Origin: Patescibacteria group bacterium
GTDB taxonomy: Bacteria > Patescibacteriota > JAUYIX01 > JBHPHK01
DNA: 64,000 bases
NCBI GenBank assembly: GCA_042569365.1
Contig: JBHPHK010000002.1
Location: 10,494 to 74,493, forward strand
Reading direction: 5' to 3'
Position 1 is the stretch's first letter, and each line of letters begins with the position of its first letter. A model generated the notes under the pieces. The model made no database searches, was not told the origin of the DNA, and saw only the letters and a program-made list of their open reading frames with translations. Below, piece after piece: positions 1 through 8,776 of the stretch. Both the position numbers and the translations under genes were made by a program.

Positions 1-2
1 AC

Positions 3-533
3 CGCCATCGTAGACGTCTTCCTAGTTATGCGGAAATGCTGAAGCTTTTTGATTTGAAGTCTAAAAACTCGATCTATAAGATAGTCCAACGCTTGAATAA
101 ATTTGGTTATCTTAAACGTGACACAGAAGACAAAATTATCCCTGGAAGTAAGTTTTTCAAAATGGCAGTAAGGGGAACGGTCGAAGCCGGTTTTCCTTCT
201 CCCGCTGAAGAGGAGCTCACCGATGTCATCACATTAGACGAATATTTAATTACCAATCGCAATGCCAGTTTTATCGTAAAGGTCTCTGGAGACTCTATGA
301 TCGAAGCGGGCATTAATCAAGGAGATCTTGTAATCGTCGAAAGAGGCAGGCAGCCGATCAACGGCGATATTGTGGTGGCCCAAGTCGATGACGAATGGAC
401 GCTTAAGCGCTATGAAAAGCAGGGCCAGCAAATCACACTCTATCCCGCTAATAAAAAATACAAACCCATCAAGCCGCAGGCAGAATTGCAGATCGACGGA
501 GTCGTCGTAGGCCAAGTCCGTAAATATAAATAA
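3..533 (+). CDS. lexA: LexA/UmuD-like S24 peptidase with N-terminal HTH (5' end truncated by window edge)
   Basis: The frame is open back to position 3 (RHRRRLPSYAEMLKLF..., LexA-type HTH start). It has the AGFPSPA autocleavage motif, the VSGDSM catalytic Ser and the TLKR catalytic Lys. Confidence 0.9.
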   Translation, partial: RHRRRLPSYAEMLKLFDLKSKNSIYKIVQRLNKFGYLKRDTEDKIIPGSKFFKMAVRGTVEAGFPSPAEEELTDVITLDEYLITNRNASFIVKVSGDSMIEAGINQGDLVIVERGRQPINGDIVVAQVDDEWTLKRYEKQGQQITLYPANKKYKPIKPQAELQIDGVVVGQVRKYK

Positions 534-534
534 G

Positions 535-1845
535 ATGTTTTTCTATCCGAAGCATGAACATAGAGTCATTGCGCATGTTGATGCGGATGCCTTTTTTGCG
601 TCATGCGAACAGGCGCTTCATCCCGAACTCAAAGGCCGGCCTGTTATCACTGGCAAGGAAAGAGGTATCGTATCTGCGGCTAGTTATGAGGCTAAGGCAT
701 TAGGGATCAAGCGCGGTGTCCCGCTTCAGGACGTCAAGAAAATATGTCCAGACGCCGTTATTTTACCCTCAGATTATGAGAATTATAGCCTCTTTTCTAA
801 GCGTATGTTTGACGTTTTAAGGCGTTATTCACCGTCTGTAGAGGAGTATTCAATAGATGAGGCATTCGTGGACCTAACAGGCCTCAGGCGCCCTCTCAAT
901 AAGACCTATCTCGAGATGGGCCAAACCTTCCAGCAAGACATAGAGAACGAACTGGGGATTACAGTTTCGGTTGGGATTTCGACTTCGAAGGTTTTAGCGA
1001 AGCTTGCCTCTAAGTGGAACAAGCCCAACGGCTTTCTGTATATCTCGCGCCGAGACATCGATCAGTATCTTGGCAAAGTTACGATCGACAAGGTCTGGGG
1101 GATCGGGCCGCAGACTACCAACTTTCTTCTCAAGCAAAACATCAAAACTCCATTGGATTTTATTAAGCGTCCAGAAGAATGGATCCGAAAGAATCTTACT
1201 AAGCCTCATCAAGAGATCTGGGAAGAGCTAAATGGCGACAGTGTCTATAATGTGGAGGCAGAGCTCAAGGAAAAGTACCAGACCATCACCAAAACCAAGA
1301 CTTTCACGCCCGCGACCAGTGACCCGGTCTATGTCTTCGGGCAGCTTTCCAAAAATATAGAAAACGCCTGCATCAAAGCGCGCCGCTACAAACTAGGCAC
1401 CAAGCGCATCAGTATTTTCTTAAAGGACCAGGAATATAACTTCGCCGGAATGCAATCGACCTTAAGTCGGAACACGGCCTATCCAAAAGACATCATGCAG
1501 ATCGCCCGCAAAATGTTTGAACAAGTTTATTGCTCAAGTAAGAGATATAGAGCGACCGGAGTTTTGTTACATGACTTAGATTCATTAGAAAGTTTGCAAC
1601 TCAATTTATTTGAAACTCCGATCCAGGTCAAAAAACAAGAACACATCTTCGAGTCGATCGATGAACTCTCCAAGCGTTTTGGCAAGCACACAGTTTTCCT
1701 AGGTAGTAGTTTTCCGGTCCACACTAAGCCAGATCGTAGATACACAGAGCGTCTCCCACAAAACAACAACGAAAAAATACGCCGCCAAGAGGGCGGACGA
1801 CGTAAATTCATCGGATTGCCGGTATTAGACGTAGAGATTCGCTAA
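535..1845 (+). CDS. dinB: Y-family DNA polymerase (DinB/UmuC)
   Basis: Motifs HVDADAFFASCE, SAASYEAK, YSIDEAFVD and VWGIG. Has a QLNLF beta-clamp motif and a UmuC-like C-terminal tail. Starts 1 nt after the lexA stop. Confidence 0.93.
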   Translation: MFFYPKHEHRVIAHVDADAFFASCEQALHPELKGRPVITGKERGIVSAASYEAKALGIKRGVPLQDVKKICPDAVILPSDYENYSLFSKRMFDVLRRYSPSVEEYSIDEAFVDLTGLRRPLNKTYLEMGQTFQQDIENELGITVSVGISTSKVLAKLASKWNKPNGFLYISRRDIDQYLGKVTIDKVWGIGPQTTNFLLKQNIKTPLDFIKRPEEWIRKNLTKPHQEIWEELNGDSVYNVEAELKEKYQTITKTKTFTPATSDPVYVFGQLSKNIENACIKARRYKLGTKRISIFLKDQEYNFAGMQSTLSRNTAYPKDIMQIARKMFEQVYCSSKRYRATGVLLHDLDSLESLQLNLFETPIQVKKQEHIFESIDELSKRFGKHTVFLGSSFPVHTKPDRRYTERLPQNNNEKIRRQEGGRRKFIGLPVLDVEIR

Positions 1846-2510
1846 TATTTAATAGGTTTTATTAAATCAGCACTATTATTGCGCGGATTATTGACCGCAT
1901 CCGAGATGGCATGGGTCTCTAGGTTTTTTGTTTTATGCGGACTTAATATTTTCTTGATCACATCATCGGGAGTCTCGAGATCCAGCCAGAGTTCCTCATC
2001 AGCTTTATCTAAAATGGCCGGCATCCTATCATGCACCGGCTTCATGATTATATTTGCGCCGGTAGTAACGAGTGTAAAACTTTCAAGCTTGTGGCCCTGT
2101 TCATTCTCCCAAATATCATAGAGGCCCGCTATAGACATCAGACGATCTAGTTTATCGTGGAAATAATATGGGGTTTTAGCGCCATTTCGTTGCTGCCATT
2201 CATAAAAACCTGTCACAGGCACTAGGCAGCGTTTAGAGCGGTAGGGCTGACGAAAGGCAGGACTGGATTCAATGGTTTCAAAGCGCGCATTTATTGTGCT
2301 GTACTGTGTTTTAGGCTCTTTAGACCAGTGGGGCACCAAGCCCCAAAGCATTGAGTCTGCCACATTCTTGTCATTGTTATCGCGATGCACGATCGGATGT
2401 TTCTGTCCGGGCGTGATATTATAATTCTTCTCAAAATTAATTTCACGCGCAAGTTGATAGCGCTTCGTAAACTCTTCGGGTGATTCAGTTAAGACTATTC
2501 GTCCGCACAT
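1842..2510 (-). CDS. yedK: SOS response-associated peptidase (SRAP/YedK/HMCES), abasic-site protection
   Basis: Start reassigned to MCGR (catalytic Cys2) at 2510. Motifs NYNITP, WGLVP, INARFET, GFYEW and HDRMPAIL. Confidence 0.93.
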   Translation of the reverse strand: MCGRIVLTESPEEFTKRYQLAREINFEKNYNITPGQKHPIVHRDNNDKNVADSMLWGLVPHWSKEPKTQYSTINARFETIESSPAFRQPYRSKRCLVPVTGFYEWQQRNGAKTPYYFHDKLDRLMSIAGLYDIWENEQGHKLESFTLVTTGANIIMKPVHDRMPAILDKADEELWLDLETPDDVIKKILSPHKTKNLETHAISDAVNNPRNNSADLIKPIKY

Positions 2511-2535
2511 ATATCTATTGTAGCTTTTTTCAGAC

Positions 2536-2566
2536 AAACAAAAAACCTGTCGAATAGCGACAGGTT
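2536..2566 (-). terminator. Intrinsic terminator after CHAP gene
   Basis: 9-bp stem AACCTGTCG/CGACAGGTT with a 5-nt loop, followed by a T-run on the minus strand. Confidence 0.7.
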
Positions 2567-2577
2567 CCGATTAAATA

Positions 2578-3501
2578 TTAGTAAATGTAGCCTTTGATTA
2601 CGCCGCTAGATACTGAAAGCGTACGACGGCTGATAACGCCAAAGCCGGAATAGTTCATTTCGGCTAGGTGGAGCATTCCGCCCGAGACCTTCTCGACGAC
2701 GGCAACATGGCCCCATCCACTTTCACGAGTAACCACGATCGAATTAGCACGCGGCGTGCTACCGGTCATATAGCCAGCGCTACGAGCACCGGAAAGCCAG
2801 GTGCCCGCATTACCGCCCCAAGGAATATGAAAACGAGTTGCAACATACCAGGTGCACCAACCCCAAGAGAAACGATTGTAGCCGTTGTAGGGAGTAAGGT
2901 AACGTGAACCAGCAGGCGCACTGGATACTACAGCCGATGCTGCAGAAAAAGAGCTTGTGCGGACAGCGGTGTAGCTGCGACGGGCGCGGGCAGCTGCTAA
3001 CTCAGCTTCGCGAGCTTTCTTAGCGGCGGCTTCACGAGCAGCCTCTTCTTTAGCGCGCGTATCAAATGTTTCGATGATATATGGTTTAAGAGTCGTGCCA
3101 TTGATTAGGCTGGCAAGCGTTTGACGATCAGAACTGTCGCCAGTCTGCCAATCCTCATTAATGGATTGTAGGGACTGTAGAGCAAGATACTGTGCAGTTT
3201 CGTTGTCGAGTTCAGTAACGATAGCCTTTTCAGTAATTAAAAATATATCAGCATTCTTAGATATCGCAATAACAGGGGTAGCCGTTAGAGGCACAACGCC
3301 CAAAGCGGTAACCGCAATACCGAGGTAGAGCGGGCGGATCTGACGACGAAAATTATGTCGCACGTGCGAAATTTTCTGAGAAACTTTGGCAAACCAGATC
3401 TTTTGACTTAGTTTGCGCCAAGTTATAGTTGTATAAATTTGACTGAGAACTAGTTTGAGAGCGCGTTGTGCTTCTCGATAGTTCGTGATCAAGTTGTTCA
3501 C
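2578..3501 (-). CDS. Membrane-anchored CHAP-domain peptidoglycan hydrolase with Ala/Glu/Arg coiled coil
   Basis: C-terminal CHAP motifs GWCTWYV, WGGNAGTW, GWGHVAVVE and EMNY. Has an N-terminal TM segment. Start codon uncertain. Confidence 0.88.
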   Translation of the reverse strand: MNNLITNYREAQRALKLVLSQIYTTITWRKLSQKIWFAKVSQKISHVRHNFRRQIRPLYLGIAVTALGVVPLTATPVIAISKNADIFLITEKAIVTELDNETAQYLALQSLQSINEDWQTGDSSDRQTLASLINGTTLKPYIIETFDTRAKEEAAREAAAKKAREAELAAARARRSYTAVRTSSFSAASAVVSSAPAGSRYLTPYNGYNRFSWGWCTWYVATRFHIPWGGNAGTWLSGARSAGYMTGSTPRANSIVVTRESGWGHVAVVEKVSGGMLHLAEMNYSGFGVISRRTLSVSSGVIKGYIY

Positions 3502-3684
3502 AAAAGTGATAAGTAAATACTAGGCTCGTGCATAAATCCTGATTATCTGGGCAAGCAAAAAAGGCTTATAAAAGCCTTTCTACATATGTGCACCAAGTGT
3601 TTCAGAATTTAAGTCGAGCTTATAGGCTATCACTTATCGCGATTTCGGTCAAGCTATCTTTGTCAAAATATGTCAACACATACT

Positions 3685-3709
3685 AAAAATAGGCTCTATA
3701 GAGCCTATT
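3685..3709 (-). terminator. Intrinsic terminator after LysM-M23 gene
   Basis: Perfect 9-bp stem AATAGGCTC/GAGCCTATT with a TATA loop and a T-run on the minus strand. Confidence 0.7.
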
Positions 3710-3736
3710 GCAACACTTCTAGAAATCAGTGATTTT

Positions 3737-5110
3737 CTAGAGATAACCCAGAGGGTTGCGCGTGCTGCCATTTACGATAACTTCGAAGTGCAAGTGCGTT
3801 CCGGTGCTCCAACCTGTCGATCCACACATTCCAACGATTTGGCCACGCCCGACACGCTGTCCATTTGAGATTCTAAAGCTTGATAAGTGGGCGTAACGCG
3901 TCACAATTCCGTTGTCATGGCGAATAGTAAGCTGGTAGCCATAGCCACCATACCAGCCGCGGGATGTAACCACGCCTCCGTCGGCTGCGTTGATCGTGTT
4001 GCCGTATTTACATTCAATGTCGATACCGGTATGACCCCAGTGATAATACTGGTTGATCATGCGACTGTGGTTGGTTGGCCAGGTGAAACGTCCGGTGCTG
4101 GCTGTACTTCCAGAATAACTTGAAGAGCCTGAATAAGGACTGCGATAGGCAGTGGCGGTGCTGACTATTGGCTTAGGCTTAGGAGGCGCTGGCATTGTTC
4201 CGCCCGGTACGACAATCGCCTTGCCGATCACTAAGGATCCGCCTCCGCGCAGGTTGTTCATAGGCAGCTGGAGAATACGTTCTTTGTTGGCCTTATATTT
4301 ACTAGCAATCGCACTTAAGCTATCACCTTTCTTAACGACATGACGCACACCGTCAACTGGCAAGATCCAGATCGCCTTTCCGGCCTTCAGGGTACTTTTG
4401 GAATTTAAGCCATTGGCCCACATCACTGTAGTCGCTTTTAGGTCAAATTTACTAGCAATGCCTGTAATAGTATCTCCAGGCAAGACAGTGTATCCAAACG
4501 GCATAGAGCGTTCGCTGTTGGAGCGCGTTGTCTGGATCATCTGCGGCTTCATAGTCGTTCCACTGCTATTGATGATCGGAATAACTTGACCTTCCTGATA
4601 TTCCTGGTCAGTCTGAATGATCTCAGGAGTCTTCTGGGCGTTGGTTGCGTCGATCGCCAGAGCAATAAAAGCGGCTGTGCCTTTGCCGTAATCGCTTTCC
4701 ACATCACCCGCAACGCTGTTTGTGTCGATAGTCTCTGTGACTAGTGTCTCGGCAGGATCAGTTGAGAACAGCTCCGTAATAATTGAATATTGTTTAAATG
4801 AACGGTCGATTTGAGCGTTCTCGTCGCCGCGTACGTTGTTGGCCATCACCAAGAGGGCGGCCGCAATCAAAACTGTATGCAGCGCAATCGTCATCGGCAG
4901 CTTGATTTGCACTTTGCGCAAGCCCCAGAAAAGATAGCGCATAACAAAAAGCAGAACGCCACCAGCTCTAGCTAAGATATGCGCTTCACGGTTAACCTCA
5001 TGATGAGGACGTGGAGCAACTTCTCTCTTCTCCTTTTCAGCACGCCTAAGCCAGCTTAAGGGAGAGAGGATTTTAGATTTTGTTTGTTTTTCCGAAGAAA
5101 AAGGTGTCAT
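3737..5110 (-). CDS. Membrane-anchored LysM x2 + M23 peptidoglycan endopeptidase
   Basis: LysM repeats YTVLPGDTITGIA and HVVKKGDSLSAIA. M23 motifs HTGID, YAHL and STGTHLHFEV. Confidence 0.93.
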   Translation of the reverse strand: MTPFSSEKQTKSKILSPLSWLRRAEKEKREVAPRPHHEVNREAHILARAGGVLLFVMRYLFWGLRKVQIKLPMTIALHTVLIAAALLVMANNVRGDENAQIDRSFKQYSIITELFSTDPAETLVTETIDTNSVAGDVESDYGKGTAAFIALAIDATNAQKTPEIIQTDQEYQEGQVIPIINSSGTTMKPQMIQTTRSNSERSMPFGYTVLPGDTITGIASKFDLKATTVMWANGLNSKSTLKAGKAIWILPVDGVRHVVKKGDSLSAIASKYKANKERILQLPMNNLRGGGSLVIGKAIVVPGGTMPAPPKPKPIVSTATAYRSPYSGSSSYSGSTASTGRFTWPTNHSRMINQYYHWGHTGIDIECKYGNTINAADGGVVTSRGWYGGYGYQLTIRHDNGIVTRYAHLSSFRISNGQRVGRGQIVGMCGSTGWSTGTHLHFEVIVNGSTRNPLGYL

Positions 5111-5436
5111 GAATTGTGGAGCAAGTTTTTAAGTAAAACTTATTCCGGTTGGGCCTTAGAGTTTGAGCTTAATAAAGCGCAAATAATAGGTTGTACGACA
5201 AAGAATAGCTCAATTACTAGGTCGACATATAGGATACCAAATTTTGGTCCATCTATCAAGGCTTCTTAAAGGGGAAAAAGAAAAGCCCTTAAATAAGGAA
5301 TTAAGGGCTTTAGTGATAACGGTTCTGAACAGAAATCGTTCGCCTTTTTCGCCTGTTCGTGTTATGTTCGGTAGAGGAAAGTGTAACAAAAATATCGGCA
5401 GTTCTACCATAGATCACGTCGATTTTTATTTATTAA

Positions 5437-7602
5437 ATGAACAGTCTCGACTCTCTTAATTCAAAACAAAAGGAGGCAGCGCAGCATAAAGAAGGCCCGC
5501 TCTTGATATTGGCTGGCGCCGGCTCTGGGAAAACCAAAACGCTGACCCATCGCGTTGCCTATTTGATCGAACAAGGGGTGATCAAGCCCTGGAATATTTT
5601 GGCGGTGACATTTACGAACAAGGCGGCGGGGGAGATGCGCGAGCGCGTGCAGGCTTTACTGGATAATCAGAAGGATTCTAAGGAGCGAGGCCCTTTTATC
5701 GGGACTTTTCATGCTTTTTGCGTCCAGGTTTTGCGGCGCGAAGCGGAGGCGATCGGCTATCGGCGCGATTTTGCGATCTTCGATTCGCAGGATCAGTTTA
5801 GTTTGATGAAGCAAGTCTTGAAAGACCAGGGTGTCGACGTGAAACGTTATCATCCGCAAGGAGTATTGCATCATGTCAGCCAGGCCAAGAACGAATTGTT
5901 GACGCCAGACGAAGTTGCCGAAAAAACACAAAGCCCAGCAGAAGAAATTACGGCCGAAGCCTATGAATCCTACCAAGCACGTCTCTTCGAAAGTAATGCA
6001 TTGGATTTTGATGACTTGATCATGCAGACAGTTCTGCTTTTCCGCAAACACCCGGCGGTCCTGGAGAAGTACCAGCGTCGTTTTGAATATTTATTGGTGG
6101 ACGAGTATCAGGACACCAATCATGCGCAGTACACTTTGGTCACCCAGCTTTCTGAGAAGCACCGCAACCTAGCGGTGGTCGGAGACGACTGGCAGAGCAT
6201 CTACGGATGGCGCGGAGCGAACGTTAAGAACATTTTAGAATTTGAAAAAGACTATCCGGACGCCAAGGTCATCAAGCTAGAGCAAAACTACCGCAGTCGC
6301 CAACGCATTCTAGACGCGGCGCACGTAGTGATTGAGGAAAGTGCTCTCAAGACCGATAAAAAACTATGGACTGAGCGGGGCGAGGGCGAAAAGGTGCAGA
6401 TCGTGGAGGCGGCAGATGAGCGCGAGGAGGCGCGGTTTGTTTTGCGGGAGGTGGAGCGCCTGACGATGGAAGAGGCGGAGTATTTCCCGAGCCTTAATTC
6501 TTGTGCCGTGCTTTATCGCACCAACGCGCAGTCCCGTGCTCTGGAAGAGGCTTGTCTGAAAATGAATATTCCCTATCGTCTCGTGGGCGGCGTGCGCTTC
6601 TATGAACGCAAAGAGGTTAAAGACCTGATTGCCTTCTTGAGATTGATGGCGAACCCCAGGGACTTTATATGTTTCCAAAGGATTGTGAATGTACCGGTGC
6701 GCGGGATCGGCAAGGTTACTATTGGCAAGATCAAAGAATGGGCAGCGCAAAATGACAACGACTTAGTGATGGCGTGTCGCATGGCGGCAGAAAGCGGAAG
6801 CTTAGGCAATAAATCCTTGCCGCTTGCTAAGTTTGCAGCGTTGATCGAGCAGGGCAGCAAGTATTCCGAGAAAATGTTTGTCGACAAGCTCTTAGAATGG
6901 ATCATCAAGCAGATTGGATTTGAGCGCATGCTGCGGGACGGATCTGACGAAGGCGAGATGCGCTGGGAAAACGTGCAGGAGCTGATGACCGTTGCTGAGC
7001 AACACCCGGATCTTCAAGAATTCCTTGAAGAGGTCGCGCTGATGTCAGACCAGGATAAGGTCGCGGAAGGCGCGCCAGCTTTGACGCTGATGACTATTCA
7101 TACGGCGAAAGGCCTAGAGTATCCGGCGATCTTCGTCGTCGGAATGGAAGAGGGGATCTTCCCCCACTCGCGTTCTCTCTTTGACCCAGCTGAGCTCGAT
7201 GAAGAGCGGCGCCTGGCTTATGTCGCGATGACGCGCGCCAAGGAGCGGCTCTATCTGATCTACACTCAGCAACGCATGCTTTTTGGAAATATCCAGAGCA
7301 ATCCGCCATCGCGCTTTATTGAAGATCTAGACGATACGGACTTTGAATTTATTGACCTGACGGAAAGCAAGAAGACGCGACATAGTTTTTCTGATTCCAA
7401 TATAGAAGTCGACGACTCAGAATTTATGGAAGACGGCGTAGATGTGATCGAAAATCCTTTTGTCGCAGGGGATCGGGTGTTCCATCAGGAGTTTGGCGAA
7501 GGTATCGTGGGCGATATTGACGACGATGTTATTGAAGTGACGTTTGCTAAAATCGGCACGAAGAAAATTGCCTTAGGCTACGTGCCGCTTAAAAAGCTCT
7601 AA
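5437..7602 (+). CDS. pcrA: ATP-dependent DNA helicase PcrA/UvrD
   Basis: Motifs AGAGSGKT, TFTNKAA, VDEYQDTN, VGDDWQSIYGWRGA, LEQNYRS, TIHTAKGLEY and EERRLAYVAMTRA. Has a C-terminal Tudor-like domain. Confidence 0.97.
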   Translation: MNSLDSLNSKQKEAAQHKEGPLLILAGAGSGKTKTLTHRVAYLIEQGVIKPWNILAVTFTNKAAGEMRERVQALLDNQKDSKERGPFIGTFHAFCVQVLRREAEAIGYRRDFAIFDSQDQFSLMKQVLKDQGVDVKRYHPQGVLHHVSQAKNELLTPDEVAEKTQSPAEEITAEAYESYQARLFESNALDFDDLIMQTVLLFRKHPAVLEKYQRRFEYLLVDEYQDTNHAQYTLVTQLSEKHRNLAVVGDDWQSIYGWRGANVKNILEFEKDYPDAKVIKLEQNYRSRQRILDAAHVVIEESALKTDKKLWTERGEGEKVQIVEAADEREEARFVLREVERLTMEEAEYFPSLNSCAVLYRTNAQSRALEEACLKMNIPYRLVGGVRFYERKEVKDLIAFLRLMANPRDFICFQRIVNVPVRGIGKVTIGKIKEWAAQNDNDLVMACRMAAESGSLGNKSLPLAKFAALIEQGSKYSEKMFVDKLLEWIIKQIGFERMLRDGSDEGEMRWENVQELMTVAEQHPDLQEFLEEVALMSDQDKVAEGAPALTLMTIHTAKGLEYPAIFVVGMEEGIFPHSRSLFDPAELDEERRLAYVAMTRAKERLYLIYTQQRMLFGNIQSNPPSRFIEDLDDTDFEFIDLTESKKTRHSFSDSNIEVDDSEFMEDGVDVIENPFVAGDRVFHQEFGEGIVGDIDDDVIEVTFAKIGTKKIALGYVPLKKL

Positions 7603-7611
7603 GACGAGCCA

Positions 7612-7639
7612 TTGACTTATCCCTATTTTCAAGTATAAT
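7612..7639 (+). promoter_or_regulatory. sigma70-type promoter for G5/RlpA gene
   Basis: TTGACT-16 nt-TATAAT, 50 nt before the ATG. Confidence 0.7.
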
Positions 7640-7688
7640 ATTACTGAATTGGCGCTAGAGACTGTAATTTGATGATAGTCGCCTTTCT

Positions 7689-8663
7689 ATGACTACACTT
7701 TCTAACACTCTCAAAAATCAAGTCCTCCAGAGTCTCCTGGCCTTTGTCGTTCTCGTTGCCGGAGGCTTCTTCATATTCGGAAATACGGAAGGGCTCGCCT
7801 ATCAAATCCCGAATTCTTCTCAAGTCTCTATCGTCGACAACGGTTATCTTTTCGGGGTCGAGGCCCAGGATGGCACAGTCGCTGAGCTTCTTACAAACCT
7901 AGGTTATAATATTGCAGATAATGATTTAGTATTTCCGGGTCGTGATGACCGCGTCACGATTGGCACGCGTATTTACATATTTCGTTCCTCGAAAGTGACG
8001 CTAGTAGTTGATGGCAAGTCAACAGAGATCGAGACGCACGCGCGGACTGTTGAAGATCTTTTAAATGAACAAAATATCAAACTAGGAGGTAACGACAAGA
8101 TTGATCCTCCGCTCACCGCGCTCTTGCATGCGCACGACAAGGTTGAAGTGATCCGAGTCAGCACTAAAGAGGTGACCACAGAGGAGGTTGTGGAATTTAC
8201 AACTCAGCATGTCAACGACGACACACTCGCTTTGGGTACGACAAAAGTCAAGCAAGCCGGCAAGAACGGAAAAGTAAAACGAAAATATCTGATCACCTAT
8301 GAAGACGGCAAAGAGGTTGACCGTGAAGTTCTTAAGGAAGAAGTCTTGGAAGAGGCGGTCAAGCAGATCGTCTTGGTCGGAACTAAAATCGAAACAGTTT
8401 ACGGAGGTACAGGTGTTGCCAGCTGGTACTTCGACTACACGAACAGTTATTGTTCTTCCTCATGTGCGGCACACCGCACTTTACCGAAGGGCACGCGCGT
8501 CAAAGTGACCAATACCGCTAACGGTAAAAGCGTAATCGTTACGATCAACGACCGTGGACCGCAAAGTCCAAGTCGCATCATCGATCTGGGCCGAACTCCG
8601 TTCTCAAAGATTGGATCTTTAAGTGCAGGACTGATCACAGTCAGGCTTGATGTGATCCAATAG
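7689..8663 (+). CDS. DUF348 (ubiquitin-like) + G5 + RlpA-like DPBB lytic transglycosylase (YabE/RpfB-like architecture)
   Basis: N-terminal TM and TVAELL/TVEDLL repeats. G5 signature VKQAGKNG...IVLVGTK. RlpA motifs GVASWY, AAHRTLPKGT and INDRGP...IIDL. Confidence 0.9.
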   Translation: MTTLSNTLKNQVLQSLLAFVVLVAGGFFIFGNTEGLAYQIPNSSQVSIVDNGYLFGVEAQDGTVAELLTNLGYNIADNDLVFPGRDDRVTIGTRIYIFRSSKVTLVVDGKSTEIETHARTVEDLLNEQNIKLGGNDKIDPPLTALLHAHDKVEVIRVSTKEVTTEEVVEFTTQHVNDDTLALGTTKVKQAGKNGKVKRKYLITYEDGKEVDREVLKEEVLEEAVKQIVLVGTKIETVYGGTGVASWYFDYTNSYCSSSCAAHRTLPKGTRVKVTNTANGKSVIVTINDRGPQSPSRIIDLGRTPFSKIGSLSAGLITVRLDVIQ

Positions 8664-8681
8664 TTTTCATAAAAGAAAAGC

Positions 8682-8710
8682 AAAACAGCTTAATAACTAG
8701 GCTGTTTTTT
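8682..8710. terminator. Bidirectional intrinsic terminator
   Basis: AAAACAGCTTA/TAGGCTGTTTT stem between convergent genes. Confidence 0.7.
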
Positions 8711-8776
8711 GATAGCTTAAAGTTTCGTTGATCAACATTTTATAAGGAGAAATATCCTATTTATCTCGATAATATT

